Source: Schmidtea nova
Lineage: Eukaryota
Direction of reading: 5' to 3'
NCBI GenBank assembly: GCA_044892505.1
Contig: CM097884.1
Span: forward strand, 79,546,001 to 79,610,000
DNA: 64,000 nucleotides
The notes under the pieces were generated by a model, which searched no databases, had not been told where the DNA came from, and worked only from the letters and a program-made list of their open reading frames with translations. A program made the translations under genes and the position numbers. Shown piece by piece: positions 54,188-64,000 of the stretch. Positions within the stretch are counted from its first letter, which is position 1. Each line of letters opens with the position of its first letter.

Positions 54188-55201
54188 TGTTCGGTTCGTA
54201 TCAGTGGTTACGACGAACACAGAAAAATTTATTTAATTGTAGATTGATTATCGGACTCCAAACGATAATCCGCTTATTTAATAAGTAAAATATATGTGTT
54301 AGGTTGTGTATAACGATAATAAAACTAATTCTTTTTAATAAGATTTATTGTGATATATGTATAATAATGTACAAAATAGATAACAAAAATGGCTGCAAAG
54401 CAAAAGTTAGAAAATCGGTTATTCAAACCGTCCTCAGAAATGAAGAACGAAAGCTGGACCTAAAAGGCTCAACAGCTCCGGCTAAAAGATAGGACAAAAG
54501 ATGAGGGATTCCCGGTAGTTTACGCTATAGTGATAACCCAGAAATGGTTATCACTGTATCCTAATAAATTCCCTTCTAATATTTTATGTTGTCTTTTTAT
54601 TAGTTTGAACTGAAGGGGAAAAATAGTAAGATAACTATTACCCCGTGATCGACTTAGATATTATAAAACTAAAAATTTACCAGCTAAATATTTTACAATT
54701 CTTTCAAAGATTAATCCAAGTTCTGAAAATTTTCTCTACTAATAAAACTGTCTGTCTAGTAACTTTCTCAAATTTCTCTCATGATAACTTCTGTGAAACT
54801 ACTATTCTAACTGATTTAACAATCAGTTTATATATAATTTGAACGATAGTAGGTTTACTACTACACTCGCTAATTTCTACTCACAATAAAGCGGTTGTGT
54901 TCCACGCGCATGACCTTTATAAATATCTATAATTATTATATTTTTATTTAAAGTAATTTATTATTATTATTATTACTATTTATAATTTTATCTTATTTAT
55001 CAATTACCATATTTATTATATACTATTTAATTATTACTATATTTAATCTATATTTATTTATAGTAATTATTTATTTACTATTACTATTTATATATTTATT
55101 TATAGTATTTTTAAATTACTAATAATATTTATTTAACATATTTATTTATTTTAATAAAAATTTATACAAAACCCGAGATTTCTTGATCTCGAACCCTAAC
55201 A
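54188..55201 (-). mobile_element. Probable solo LTR (1014 bp)
   Basis: Termini TGTTCGGTTCG ... CGAACCCTAACA. It interrupts copy 1 of the direct repeat where copy 2 is contiguous. TSD imperfect. Confidence 0.6.
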
Positions 55202-55370
55202 TGTCTTCACAATCAGTGAGCGTCGAAAATTCGAAACTATGATTCAACACAATTCTACATAACATAAACTACAAGATAAAATATTATCTATTCAATTCAT
55301 GAAATCACATCAGTGTTATGTCTATTACTTCCAACGACTCTTTGCGTAATTGATCCAACAATCGCGTTTC

Positions 55371-55859
55371 TTAGCGACGTCTTCGTCGAGCCCTCACTCC
55401 TTTGCTGGGTTTCTGACGCGTAGACTTCTCCGGAGCGGGAGGTGTCAGGATTCTTTCCTCGACCTTTACTGGGAACAATTCCTGAGGTGGAAGCTGTGAT
55501 TTTGGCAATATGGCAGAGATGATGCCACTATCAACCCTTAATTTTTCGATCAGGAGCTCCTGCTCTCTCATCGTGACTTGGCACGCGCGCAATCTCATCG
55601 CGTTTTCAGCAGCCTGTTGAAGAAGCAATTGGTTTTGTTTCTTTAATTTATCGACAGTCTTCTTGTCGGACCAGGTCGATTCCATTTCTCCACAGCGAGC
55701 TCTGAATTTCTCCATCCGGGAGGTCATGATTTGTAGGGCGTCGGAATTTGATGCTTTCGTTTTCTCCAGCTCGGCGAAGCACTTATCCACCCGGCGATTG
55801 TGTCTGGCATTTTCCAGAGTTAGTCGGTGAATCTCTTCCAACTTTTGCTCAAGGTTCAT
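55371..55859 (-). CDS. 162-aa coiled-coil protein with Arg-rich C-terminus, probably element-derived
   Basis: ATG follows TTTCAGAA. GC-rich island in AT-rich DNA, ending KGVRARRRR. Confidence 0.55.
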   Translation of the reverse strand: MNLEQKLEEIHRLTLENARHNRRVDKCFAELEKTKASNSDALQIMTSRMEKFRARCGEMESTWSDKKTVDKLKKQNQLLLQQAAENAMRLRACQVTMREQELLIEKLRVDSGIISAILPKSQLPPQELFPVKVEERILTPPAPEKSTRQKPSKGVRARRRRR

Positions 55860-58800
55860 TTCTGAAATCTAATATCACACATTCAAAACGCATTTAAGCC
55901 ATCATTTAGCATCACAATTTAATTACAGATATCCATTTTAAATTAGCAAGATGAAATAATTTTATCGATAAAAATTTATTAATTTTTCACAATCAACTAT
56001 TATACACCGTATTATCTCAAAACGCAAAAATTTTCGTGCACCTATTTTTATTTGTAATGGTGGGTTGTTGATCGTCAATGTGACCTTGTCGTTACTATGG
56101 CTCTCATCAACAACTCAACACATAAAACATTAGAGTAACCATCTTGTTGTCCGTCACAATGTAACGTTGGTAGTGCAACAAATGGGTGGGTATTCGCAAT
56201 CAGTGAGCGTCGTCAATACGAAACTATGATTGACCGAATATCTCCTGGGTCCAAGGGCTACCGATAGAAGGTTTAATGCTCATTTTGTCCCTTCTCACAT
56301 GATTTAACTACGGATATTCATTTCAATTTAAAAGAAGACATAAATAGTTCCATCAATATAAATTTATTAATTTTTTCCAATTCATCATTATACATAGTAT
56401 TATCCAAACGCACAGGAGTTTTCGCGCAATTATTTTTATTCGTAAGCTCGTACTCAAGCATATCATCGCAATCTCAATTCGGGAATCGAAGAATCTTTGA
56501 TCATCACATATATTTGGGGTATACGATGTCTGTTGATTTTAACTAAAATTTTATTATTTTCAAGATTTTTTAAATTTGTATATTTTTGTGTCGGTAAATC
56601 TAACTAAAATTTCATTTATACCCTATACTTAATGTCTATCTTGCTTTAAAACTTATATTATATTTTTATCAAAAATGTTAATGTGAAGGATTTAAATCAT
56701 CGCCGAGGCCTTAGTAACGACTTTGATTCGGTAAAACAAATTTTTGTTTTATAATTCATAAGCCACAAATTTTAGAGTTTTAGCATGATTTTATTGTTTA
56801 TTTCCCATTTCAAATTACCTTTAAATTTAAAGTGAACTTGAAAAAAAAATTTTTGACGAAAACATTTAATCGAAAACTTTAATTAGAAGTTGGTCATTTT
56901 GTTTAAAATGCCAGAAATTTTAAACTCTTAAATATTCACAACGCTCTCAGCGTGATTGGTGGATTTGGATAAAGTAAGGAATTTTCTTACCATATAATTA
57001 TCGATTTTTTACTTCTATTTTTAGGCATTAGTAATTTTCTCCACGACAAATTTTCCGATGGTAAACGATAAGTTTCTCGCTTTTAGAGTTCAAATGATTT
57101 CGAAGAAGAAATTGCTGAAATTAAAGAAAAATTTTGGTAAATGATTGATTTTTTTCCCTTTAAAATATTTCGTTTATTGTCAGTCTAGCTCTTAGGGGAA
57201 CTTTCAACAGAAAAATTCGACGAACCGGTTTTTTCTGTGCATTTATATCAAAATCTGGATTTTATCGACAATTCAACTTTATACTTGTCTCTATCGTCTC
57301 AAATCAATAACTTAGAGAAGTTCAGAATTTATGTGATTTGGGTGATTTAACTTATCCTAATTTGGAATCATTTACAAAATTTACTCCTGCATACTATTCT
57401 GCCGTCGTTGATTTGGTGGTATCGTCGTCATCAGCTGGATCATGTGTATACACTACAATACACTTACAGAATACATCTCTTTTTGATGAAATAAATTTCT
57501 CGGAATGCTGGTTTTGTTATTTCATCGATGGGAAAGACTTTCAGATGAATTCATGATGTTTTACAGAAATGTTATACAAATAAAACCGCCCTGTTTCAAT
57601 AAAATTTAACTTTTGTTGCTTTTTAATGTTTATTAAGCACTATCGTATGTTAACCTACGTATTCGTCTGCAATACAATTTTCGGATTTTTAAATATCTCT
57701 CGTAGTACAATAAGAGATTCTTGTAGGATCTCAATAACATTGTTGGGGGTTTCTTATGGGCATTTTCAATGGGTTTTCCGCCTATTCTAATTTTCAAACG
57801 TTCTTCTTTTGACGACTTTTAATTTTTCTCGAAATTTCAGTGTAAGAACTTGCAAATTCACAGCTAGCGCGTTCTTTACTGGTTAATGTGCTTGAGTCCA
57901 CTTCACCTTTTTCGGTGTTTTTCACTTAATCACTTCGGTTTTTAATGAATGTTTGGATTAAAATTGAATCTTGCGCGCTTTCTACTTATGGGGTTATTGC
58001 TTCATTAAAACAATTTGTAGTTTTTGCCCAACAGTAAGCTTATACTCAAGTATACCATCACAAACTCAATTCGGGGATAAATTATTCCTTTAGAAAAAAT
58101 ACATATATTTCAGAATATTCGATTACCATTATTTAGACCTGAATATTTTTATCATTCTCGCGATTTTTCTAGATTATTATGTTTCTAATATTTAAAATCC
58201 AAATAAACTTTATTTATATCCTAGTCCTATTGCCTATCTTGCGTTATTATTTTAATAAAATTTTTATTAAAAATCCGTAAATTATAGCATTTGAATTCTC
58301 GCCGAGGCCTTAGACGGCAATAATGTATATTCTCTAATTTACATGCTAATTTGATTTTACTGAAAATCTTCTTATTTACAAATTTTAATTTTAAATTTCA
58401 ATTTCAGATTAAATTTATAATTAGGAAATCCGATCTCGACCGCCATTCCCTCAAAACCCTCAACGTTCCCCCGATAAGAAGGAATACTATATAAAGGGAA
58501 AACAAAATTTCATGAGTTCTGATTGGCTAATTCATCGTGTAAATTTAATTTCCATAATAAAACTATTGATTTTAATTTATTTTTAGATCTCTGGAATTCC
58601 TTTTCTACTTGATGATTCTAAGTAAATTGATTTTATGTTGTTACTGTATATTTAATGATTTTAGCTAAAAGGTCAAATTCAGACTCCCTGATGGAAATTC
58701 TGAGTGGAACTAATGAAAACGAGAATCAGATTTTTCTTATCTGCTATAATAGAGGTAATATTCTTGTTGTCAACAAACGCAATAAATATGTAAAATTTTT

Positions 58801-59517
58801 CAGATTGTATATTCGCTCTATTACGAACTGTCTATCAGTTTGACTTCCACTTCGAGGATACTACATTCTCTCTGGATAGTTTGAGGATGGAAGGTTTATC
58901 ATCGAATTTTCCATACAGTTTACAAATCACTCTCGTTGGATCAATTACTTCGTCAGCGTCTGGATGTCACTATAAACTCAATTTATGGAATTTATCCTAT
59001 TTGTGATGAGGCTTTTCTAAGCCAGTTTTCGTCTGATCTATTGTAAGGGAATGTGGTCGAAACTTTTTAATTTTGTAAATGGATTTTCTGTTAATTGGAT
59101 TTTTCTAAATCAATAACTTTTTGATATAATAAATTGTGTCTGGAGTTTATTTTTAAAATTAATACAAATAGAGTTATGTTTTAGGAGTTGTAGTATGGCG
59201 AAATTAATGTTCGAAATACCAATATGTTACTGAACAGCAGTACCAGAATCTTGACGTCAATTTTTTTTGCACCAAAAATTTTTTGTAACACAAATTTTTT
59301 TTAACACAAATATGAGTCATCAAAGACATTGCTATCCATGTGCAATATTAACAAAGACATTGCAATCTATGTGCAACATAAAAATAAAGTAGTTTAAAGT
59401 AGTTTAAAACTTAAATAATAATAATAATAATAATCTTTTGGGTTCGTCCAAATCTTCTCCATTCCAACAAGAAGATTTAAAGTTTAAATTTAGATTAGGT
59501 AATGATTGACCCATTGT

Positions 59518-60013
59518 TTATGACTTTCTTTTTCTCAATAAACCAGCACCTCCCAATAATGATAAAGCTAGTGGTAGCAATGCTGCGATAAAACCACCTT
59601 GTTGTTTATATATTATTTTGCGCATAAGATTTCGATTTTTTGTGTTTACAAGTGATAACAATGGTTTTTTATGCTTGTTCAACAACCGTCGATTAGATGG
59701 ACTTAGATTCATTTTACCTCGCACTACTTTAATTAAAATAGCGATAATCAATGACGTAATAAGGAAACGATTGAAGAATACCCATTCTTCTAACAGAGGG
59801 GGCTTTAAGCAATGCATTAAAAAACGGTAAACTACGATTATGTATTTGTTTAGCATTAGATTTCAAATTAATTTGATTATTTTTGGGAATATTATCCATA
59901 AGTATTTTCTTGGACGGTGTATAACTTGTTTTTGATTTCTTTCTTGATTTCTTTGTAATTGGTTTCTTTGTTTTCTTATCCGCTTTTTTGATAGTTGTTC
60001 TAGCCTTTATCAA
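59518..60013 (-). pseudogene. Basic Polinton core-protein-like gene, frameshifted
   Basis: Lys-rich N-terminus. The C-terminus KQQGGFIAALLPLALSLLGG resembles the adenoviral pX-type xGG|F cleavage site and hydrophobic tail. Confidence 0.6.
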
Positions 60014-60021
60014 ACTTTACT

Positions 60022-60660
60022 CTAGATTTCATTAACATTATTAGTACTGTAAATAGATTTAACTTTGTTTATAAACCATGGCTCCTTCATTGTTAAATCA
60101 TCGCTGCATTGTTGAGTAAAATCCAGGAAAACATATCCATGAGGAGATTTTGTAGCATCTTGAAAGGCTTCAATCAAAAAGTTACGGTTTGAAGGATAAG
60201 CTTGTCTTGCTAGAAAATCAATAACTGTTGCATCTCTAGTATTTTTAAACACAACAAGATATTGAACATTTAAATTACGAGTTCGATGACTGCCGCCCTG
60301 ATGAAATAAATTCTGAGTGATAAAAATAACTGTAACACCTTTGTGTCTACTGATTTTCGTAAATAAATTATTGAAATCCTTCTATTTATATGCTTCTTGA
60401 TACAAGTCATCAATGATAATCACATCACCTTGGCGCAATCTAGATGACCAGTTTTTATTGAAACCTTTTATAATTGTCATTTTTATTTTACAAAATCGAT
60501 CTTGAGTCATTCCGCTTTCGTCGTCAGCACCCCTATGGCAATAAATTTTATTGAATTTTGATTTGAATAATTTCGACTGCAATAATTTACAAACAAATAA
60601 TGTTTTTCCACTCCCGCTCGGACCAACAATTTGAAACACTGCATCATTTCTTAATTCCAT
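60022..60660 (-). pseudogene. A32/FtsK-like DNA packaging ATPase (Polinton type), frameshifted
   Basis: Walker A GPSGSGKT, Walker B VIIIDD, then FTKISRH...IFITQNLF, FKNTRD and PHGYVFLD. Confidence 0.85.
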
Positions 60661-60714
60661 ATTTAAAAATTATATTTAATTAATATTATTGTTTATATTT
60701 GTTTTAAATACTCG

Positions 60715-61221
60715 TTGTCAAAGTATTTGTTTCATTTAAAAATATTTTCAGAAATGATTAGAAACATTAATTATAAAGGTAAGACCGATGTGTCACACAT
60801 GCAATTTCCAAATGGAAAACCACAGCAAATTGTAGATAGAAGCGGGAAGTATCCAATAATATACTTTAAGACAGGCAGATATAGAATAATGGGATGTAAG
60901 GAATTTATTAGTGATGAACAAGTTCAGTTTTACGATTTAACAATACAATCGATAACTGTAACTGCAGATTTAAAATTTATTTGTAATTTAAATGAATTAT
61001 CTAAATTGATAGAATGTGTTTACGAACCAGAATTATTTCCAGCTTTGAGATATATAAAATATAATCCCATGTGTGTAAATATATTTGCAAGTGGGAAATT
61101 AGTGATATTAGGATTAAAAAACAAAGAATATTCAACTATAGTTGATAATATTATTAACGATATAAAATCAATTATTGAAGATAAAGCCTTTGTTGATTTT
61201 ATACTAACATGTGACTCATGA
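60715..61221 (+). CDS. TBP-like protein (likely ATG at 60754), divergent from the ATPase
   Basis: Two TBP-like half-repeats: IYFKTGRYRIMG and YEPELFPAL...VNIFASGKLVILG. Confidence 0.75.
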   Translation: MSKYLFHLKIFSEMIRNINYKGKTDVSHMQFPNGKPQQIVDRSGKYPIIYFKTGRYRIMGCKEFISDEQVQFYDLTIQSITVTADLKFICNLNELSKLIECVYEPELFPALRYIKYNPMCVNIFASGKLVILGLKNKEYSTIVDNIINDIKSIIEDKAFVDFILTCDS

Positions 61222-62220
61222 CTGCAATATTGATGCAATTGAAATGCACGATTCTGATTGGTCGAGTGTGTATTTCGAGAATAAAGACATGTTTTGCATG
61301 CTTGAATCTGATTGGTTCAATGTGTATTATTTTGCAAATGATGTGTGTTTCTTTCATATATAAACTATGAACAATTTAACATAATCTAGATATTATTAAA
61401 ATGTGTATTACTGAAACTCTGATTAAAATCCGTAAGGATTTTAATAATTTATTTTCAATGTTAATATTATTTCTTTTTCAGAAAAACTTATGAATGTAAT
61501 ATATGGAAAATTGGAGGAGATCTTTCCAAACTTGATGCCAGCCCTGGCTTATACAGCGCCAGAAATGTTCCCATTTAGGATCAAGGTATTGACTGGTATC
61601 GATGTCAACCAGATCGTACTGGACCATATGACCAATCAAAACGACTGATGATAATTCTGTAGATGATAATTGTCAATCTCTTGGTGGTGGACCAATGGAT
61701 ATGTAAATTTTATTGTCATTATTAGTTTAATAAACGTTTTTCATTTTATTTTTAGTTTTGATTTTATTATAAGTTATTTTTATATTATTTGTAAGAACTT
61801 TTTATTTAAGTGTTTTGGGTTTTAGTTAATAAACTTGTAATTATTTTTTTTTATTAAAGTTTTTATTAAGTGTAAATTAGTAAGAAAGTATTTCTTTTTT
61901 TTAAGAAAAATACTAATTATTGTGAAATAAATACAAAACATATTTTATCTACTAGCAGAACATTAGTACCAGAACATTGCGAACAGAACATTCAGTAGCA
62001 GAACCTATTCTGTGATGGTTTTTATGAGCAAAAGCTCATTACTTGAACATATACAAAAATAATAAACAAACACACACATACAACAAAGATATGCATAACG
62101 TGTACAATACAAATGCATGATTGTGATTAGACAAAGACATCCAGTCATTACTATAAATACAAAGTCGTTTTTTACAAATTAGTCACAATCTATAAAAATG
62201 GAATCCAGAAAACGAAATTA

Positions 62221-62610
62221 TTGTCAGAAGAAAAAATATTCCCGACTGAGGTAAAACCAGTCCAGATGTACTATGATAGCCGAATTTATTTTTTGGTTCA
62301 AGAAATACCATTTCGCTTGTCTTATCCCGTAAAGTTAACAAAGTCTTTGTATGATAGTTTAGCGATTATTATTGATAAAGAAGATATTATCGCACTAAAT
62401 AAAGTTTTTTCAAAAATAAATTTGAATTTAATTTGTAAAGAAACGATGTATATTAATAACAAAAAAATTCGTTTCCATGATGCTTTTCAAACAATCGAAT
62501 TCAAGGATCAAGAACACTGGTTCGTTACGATAATTATTCAAGGATACAAGATTGATAAAAAGGAAGTGATTACTCCAATTTGGAGAGTTGACAATGCACG
62601 ATATGCATAA
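62221..62610 (+). CDS. Hypothetical protein in the Polinton-like region
   Basis: 129-aa ORF with an upstream TATAAA and a downstream AATAAA. No recognised motif. Confidence 0.4.
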   Translation: MSEEKIFPTEVKPVQMYYDSRIYFLVQEIPFRLSYPVKLTKSLYDSLAIIIDKEDIIALNKVFSKINLNLICKETMYINNKKIRFHDAFQTIEFKDQEHWFVTIIIQGYKIDKKEVITPIWRVDNARYA

Positions 62611-62674
62611 TTGTTATTTAATAAATTTTTACTATGAACAATTTTAGTTTTTATATTAGTTTTTTGTTTTTAAA

Positions 62675-63181
62675 ATGAAATTAAATATAGTTATATTATT
62701 ATTATTATGTGTTCACAATACCGAAGGAGAACAAGCTTTGTCTTCTTGTCAATCAACCCATCCGTTTAGAAGAAAAGATAGTACTTGCGCGAATTATAAT
62801 GAAATATATGTTTACTCAAACACTGAATGCAGTCAAATAAAATTACAATGTGATCAATGTCCTTCAAAAAATAATTTAATTAATAATGAAATTGAAAAAA
62901 TAATTAGCAAAATAAGATTACAATGTGATCAATGTCCTTCAAAAAATGATTTGATTAATAATGAAATGGAAAAAATAATTATGAAAATAATGATGAAAAT
63001 TGTTGAAAGATTCAAATGTACACATCAAACATTTGTTAAAAAACAATATGAAGTCAGATGCCAAAATCAAACAGTTGAAATTGAAAACGAAAAAACAACC
63101 GTAGTATTAAATTATATAAGTTTTGATATTAATAATTATCTTGATATTATCAACATCTATAAGATTAGAGAAAATATCTAA
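62675..63181 (+). CDS. Putative secreted Cys-rich protein with an internal 24-aa duplication
   Basis: Signal MKLNIVILLLLCVHNTEG and two copies of I(K/R)LQCDQCPSKN(N/D)LINNE(I/M)EKII. Confidence 0.5.
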   Translation: MKLNIVILLLLCVHNTEGEQALSSCQSTHPFRRKDSTCANYNEIYVYSNTECSQIKLQCDQCPSKNNLINNEIEKIISKIRLQCDQCPSKNDLINNEMEKIIMKIMMKIVERFKCTHQTFVKKQYEVRCQNQTVEIENEKTTVVLNYISFDINNYLDIINIYKIRENI

Positions 63182-63350
63182 TATTCCAAAGAATAATATT
63201 CCTAAAAATAATAATATTCCGATGAATAATATTACAATGAATAATATTCCGAGTAATAATTTAGATGTGAATAATTTTGAATCAAAATTTTGTACACGCA
63301 CACAACAATATATTTATAAATAAATTTTATTTTTGACTTTTTTATGACTT

Positions 63351-63657
63351 NNNNNNNNNNNNNNNNNNNNNNNNNNNNNNNNNNNNNNNNNNNNNNNNNN
63401 NNNNNNNNNNNNNNNNNNNNNNNNNNNNNNNNNNNNNNNNNNNNNNNNNNNNNNNNNNNNNNNNNNNNNNNNNNNNNNNNNNNNNNNNNNNNNNNNNNNN
63501 NNNNNNNNNNNNNNNNNNNNNNNNNNNNNNNNNNNNNNNNNNNNNNNNNNNNNNNNNNNNNNNNNNNNNNNNNNNNNNNNNNNNNNNNNNNNNNNNNNNN
63601 NNNNNNNNNNNNNNNNNNNNNNNNNNNNNNNNNNNNNNNNNNNNNNNNNNNNNNNNN
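63351..63657. other. Assembly gap (N run)
   Basis: Run of n. Confidence 1.
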
Positions 63658-64000
63658 TCTCTGTAGTTATTATTTTTAATGTCTTTGTTAATATTGCATA
63701 TGGATTGCAGTGTCTTTGTTAATATTGCACCTGGATTGCAATGTCTTTGATGACTCATATTTGTGTTAAAAAAATTTGTTAAAAAAAAATTTATGTTAAA
63801 AAAATTGTGTTAAAAAAATTGTGTTAAAAAAATTTGCGAAAAATAATTTTGAAAAAAATTTTTGCCGCAAAAAAAAATTTGAAAAAAAATTACCGCCGGG
63901 GGGTATGTCTTTGTTCTTTTTTCCGCCCACGCCACCCACGCAATGAGTCATAATGTCTTTGTTCCCGGCTCCACAGATCTACCTACTCATGTGCAATACA

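Larger units (their letters stand above)
54053..56230 (+). repeat. Direct repeat pair (~150-170 bp): copy 1 at 54053-54187 plus ~55206-55243 (interrupted), copy 2 from 56078
   Basis: TGGTGGGTTGTTGATCGTCAAT...CAACAAATGGGTGGGTA...CAATCAGTGAGCGTCG is present twice. Confidence 0.8.
59290..63790. mobile_element. Polinton/Maverick (adintovirus)-like remnant bounded by inverted repeats (~59290-59385 / ~63680-63790)
   Basis: ACACAAATATGAGTCATCAAAGACATTGC... and its reverse complement enclose the ATPase, core-protein-like and TBP-like genes. Confidence 0.65.

Noticed and set aside
63342-63758. ORFs spanning the N gap
   Set aside because: Artefacts of unknown bases.

Overview
AT-rich eukaryotic genomic DNA, almost all of it mobile elements. 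The host is probably an invertebrate, and the element types and short introns would fit a planarian (inference). The centrepiece is a complete, very young, ~29.5-kb Ty3/Gypsy-type LTR element at 13063-42605. It has ~3.06-kb near-identical LTRs that each carry two ORFs, a 4-bp TSD (AATA) and a tRNA-Pro PBS. Gag is followed, across a single in-frame TGA, by a 5028-aa polyprotein: three ubiquitin-like domains, an AT-hook, a Bcl-2-like domain, a chuvirus-type envelope glycoprotein placed BEFORE the protease, then PR, a dUTPase-like fold, RT, RNase H, integrase, two ankyrin blocks and two type-I membrane proteins built from FN3-like repeats. It also carries separate accessory genes: an IAP-type RING protein, a full-length TRAF, coiled-coil proteins and a small membrane protein. 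The 3' genes form a tight cassette whose spacers contain splice-acceptor-like sites and Pumilio-type motifs. Overall it looks like an enveloped, complex-retrovirus-like giant with a captured apoptosis/TNF-NF-kB toolkit, similar in size and LTR length to the Burro elements of Schmidtea mediterranea. It sits inside the LTR of a small decayed Gypsy element, which sits inside a decayed Polinton/Maverick DNA polymerase gene. The flanks hold mariner, Tc1 and Merlin transposons, MITEs, a probable solo LTR, the 3' exons of a host thiolase gene, and a second Polinton-like remnant. Both Polinton-like remnants carry a TBP-like gene. All domain calls come from motif recognition by eye, with no database searches.
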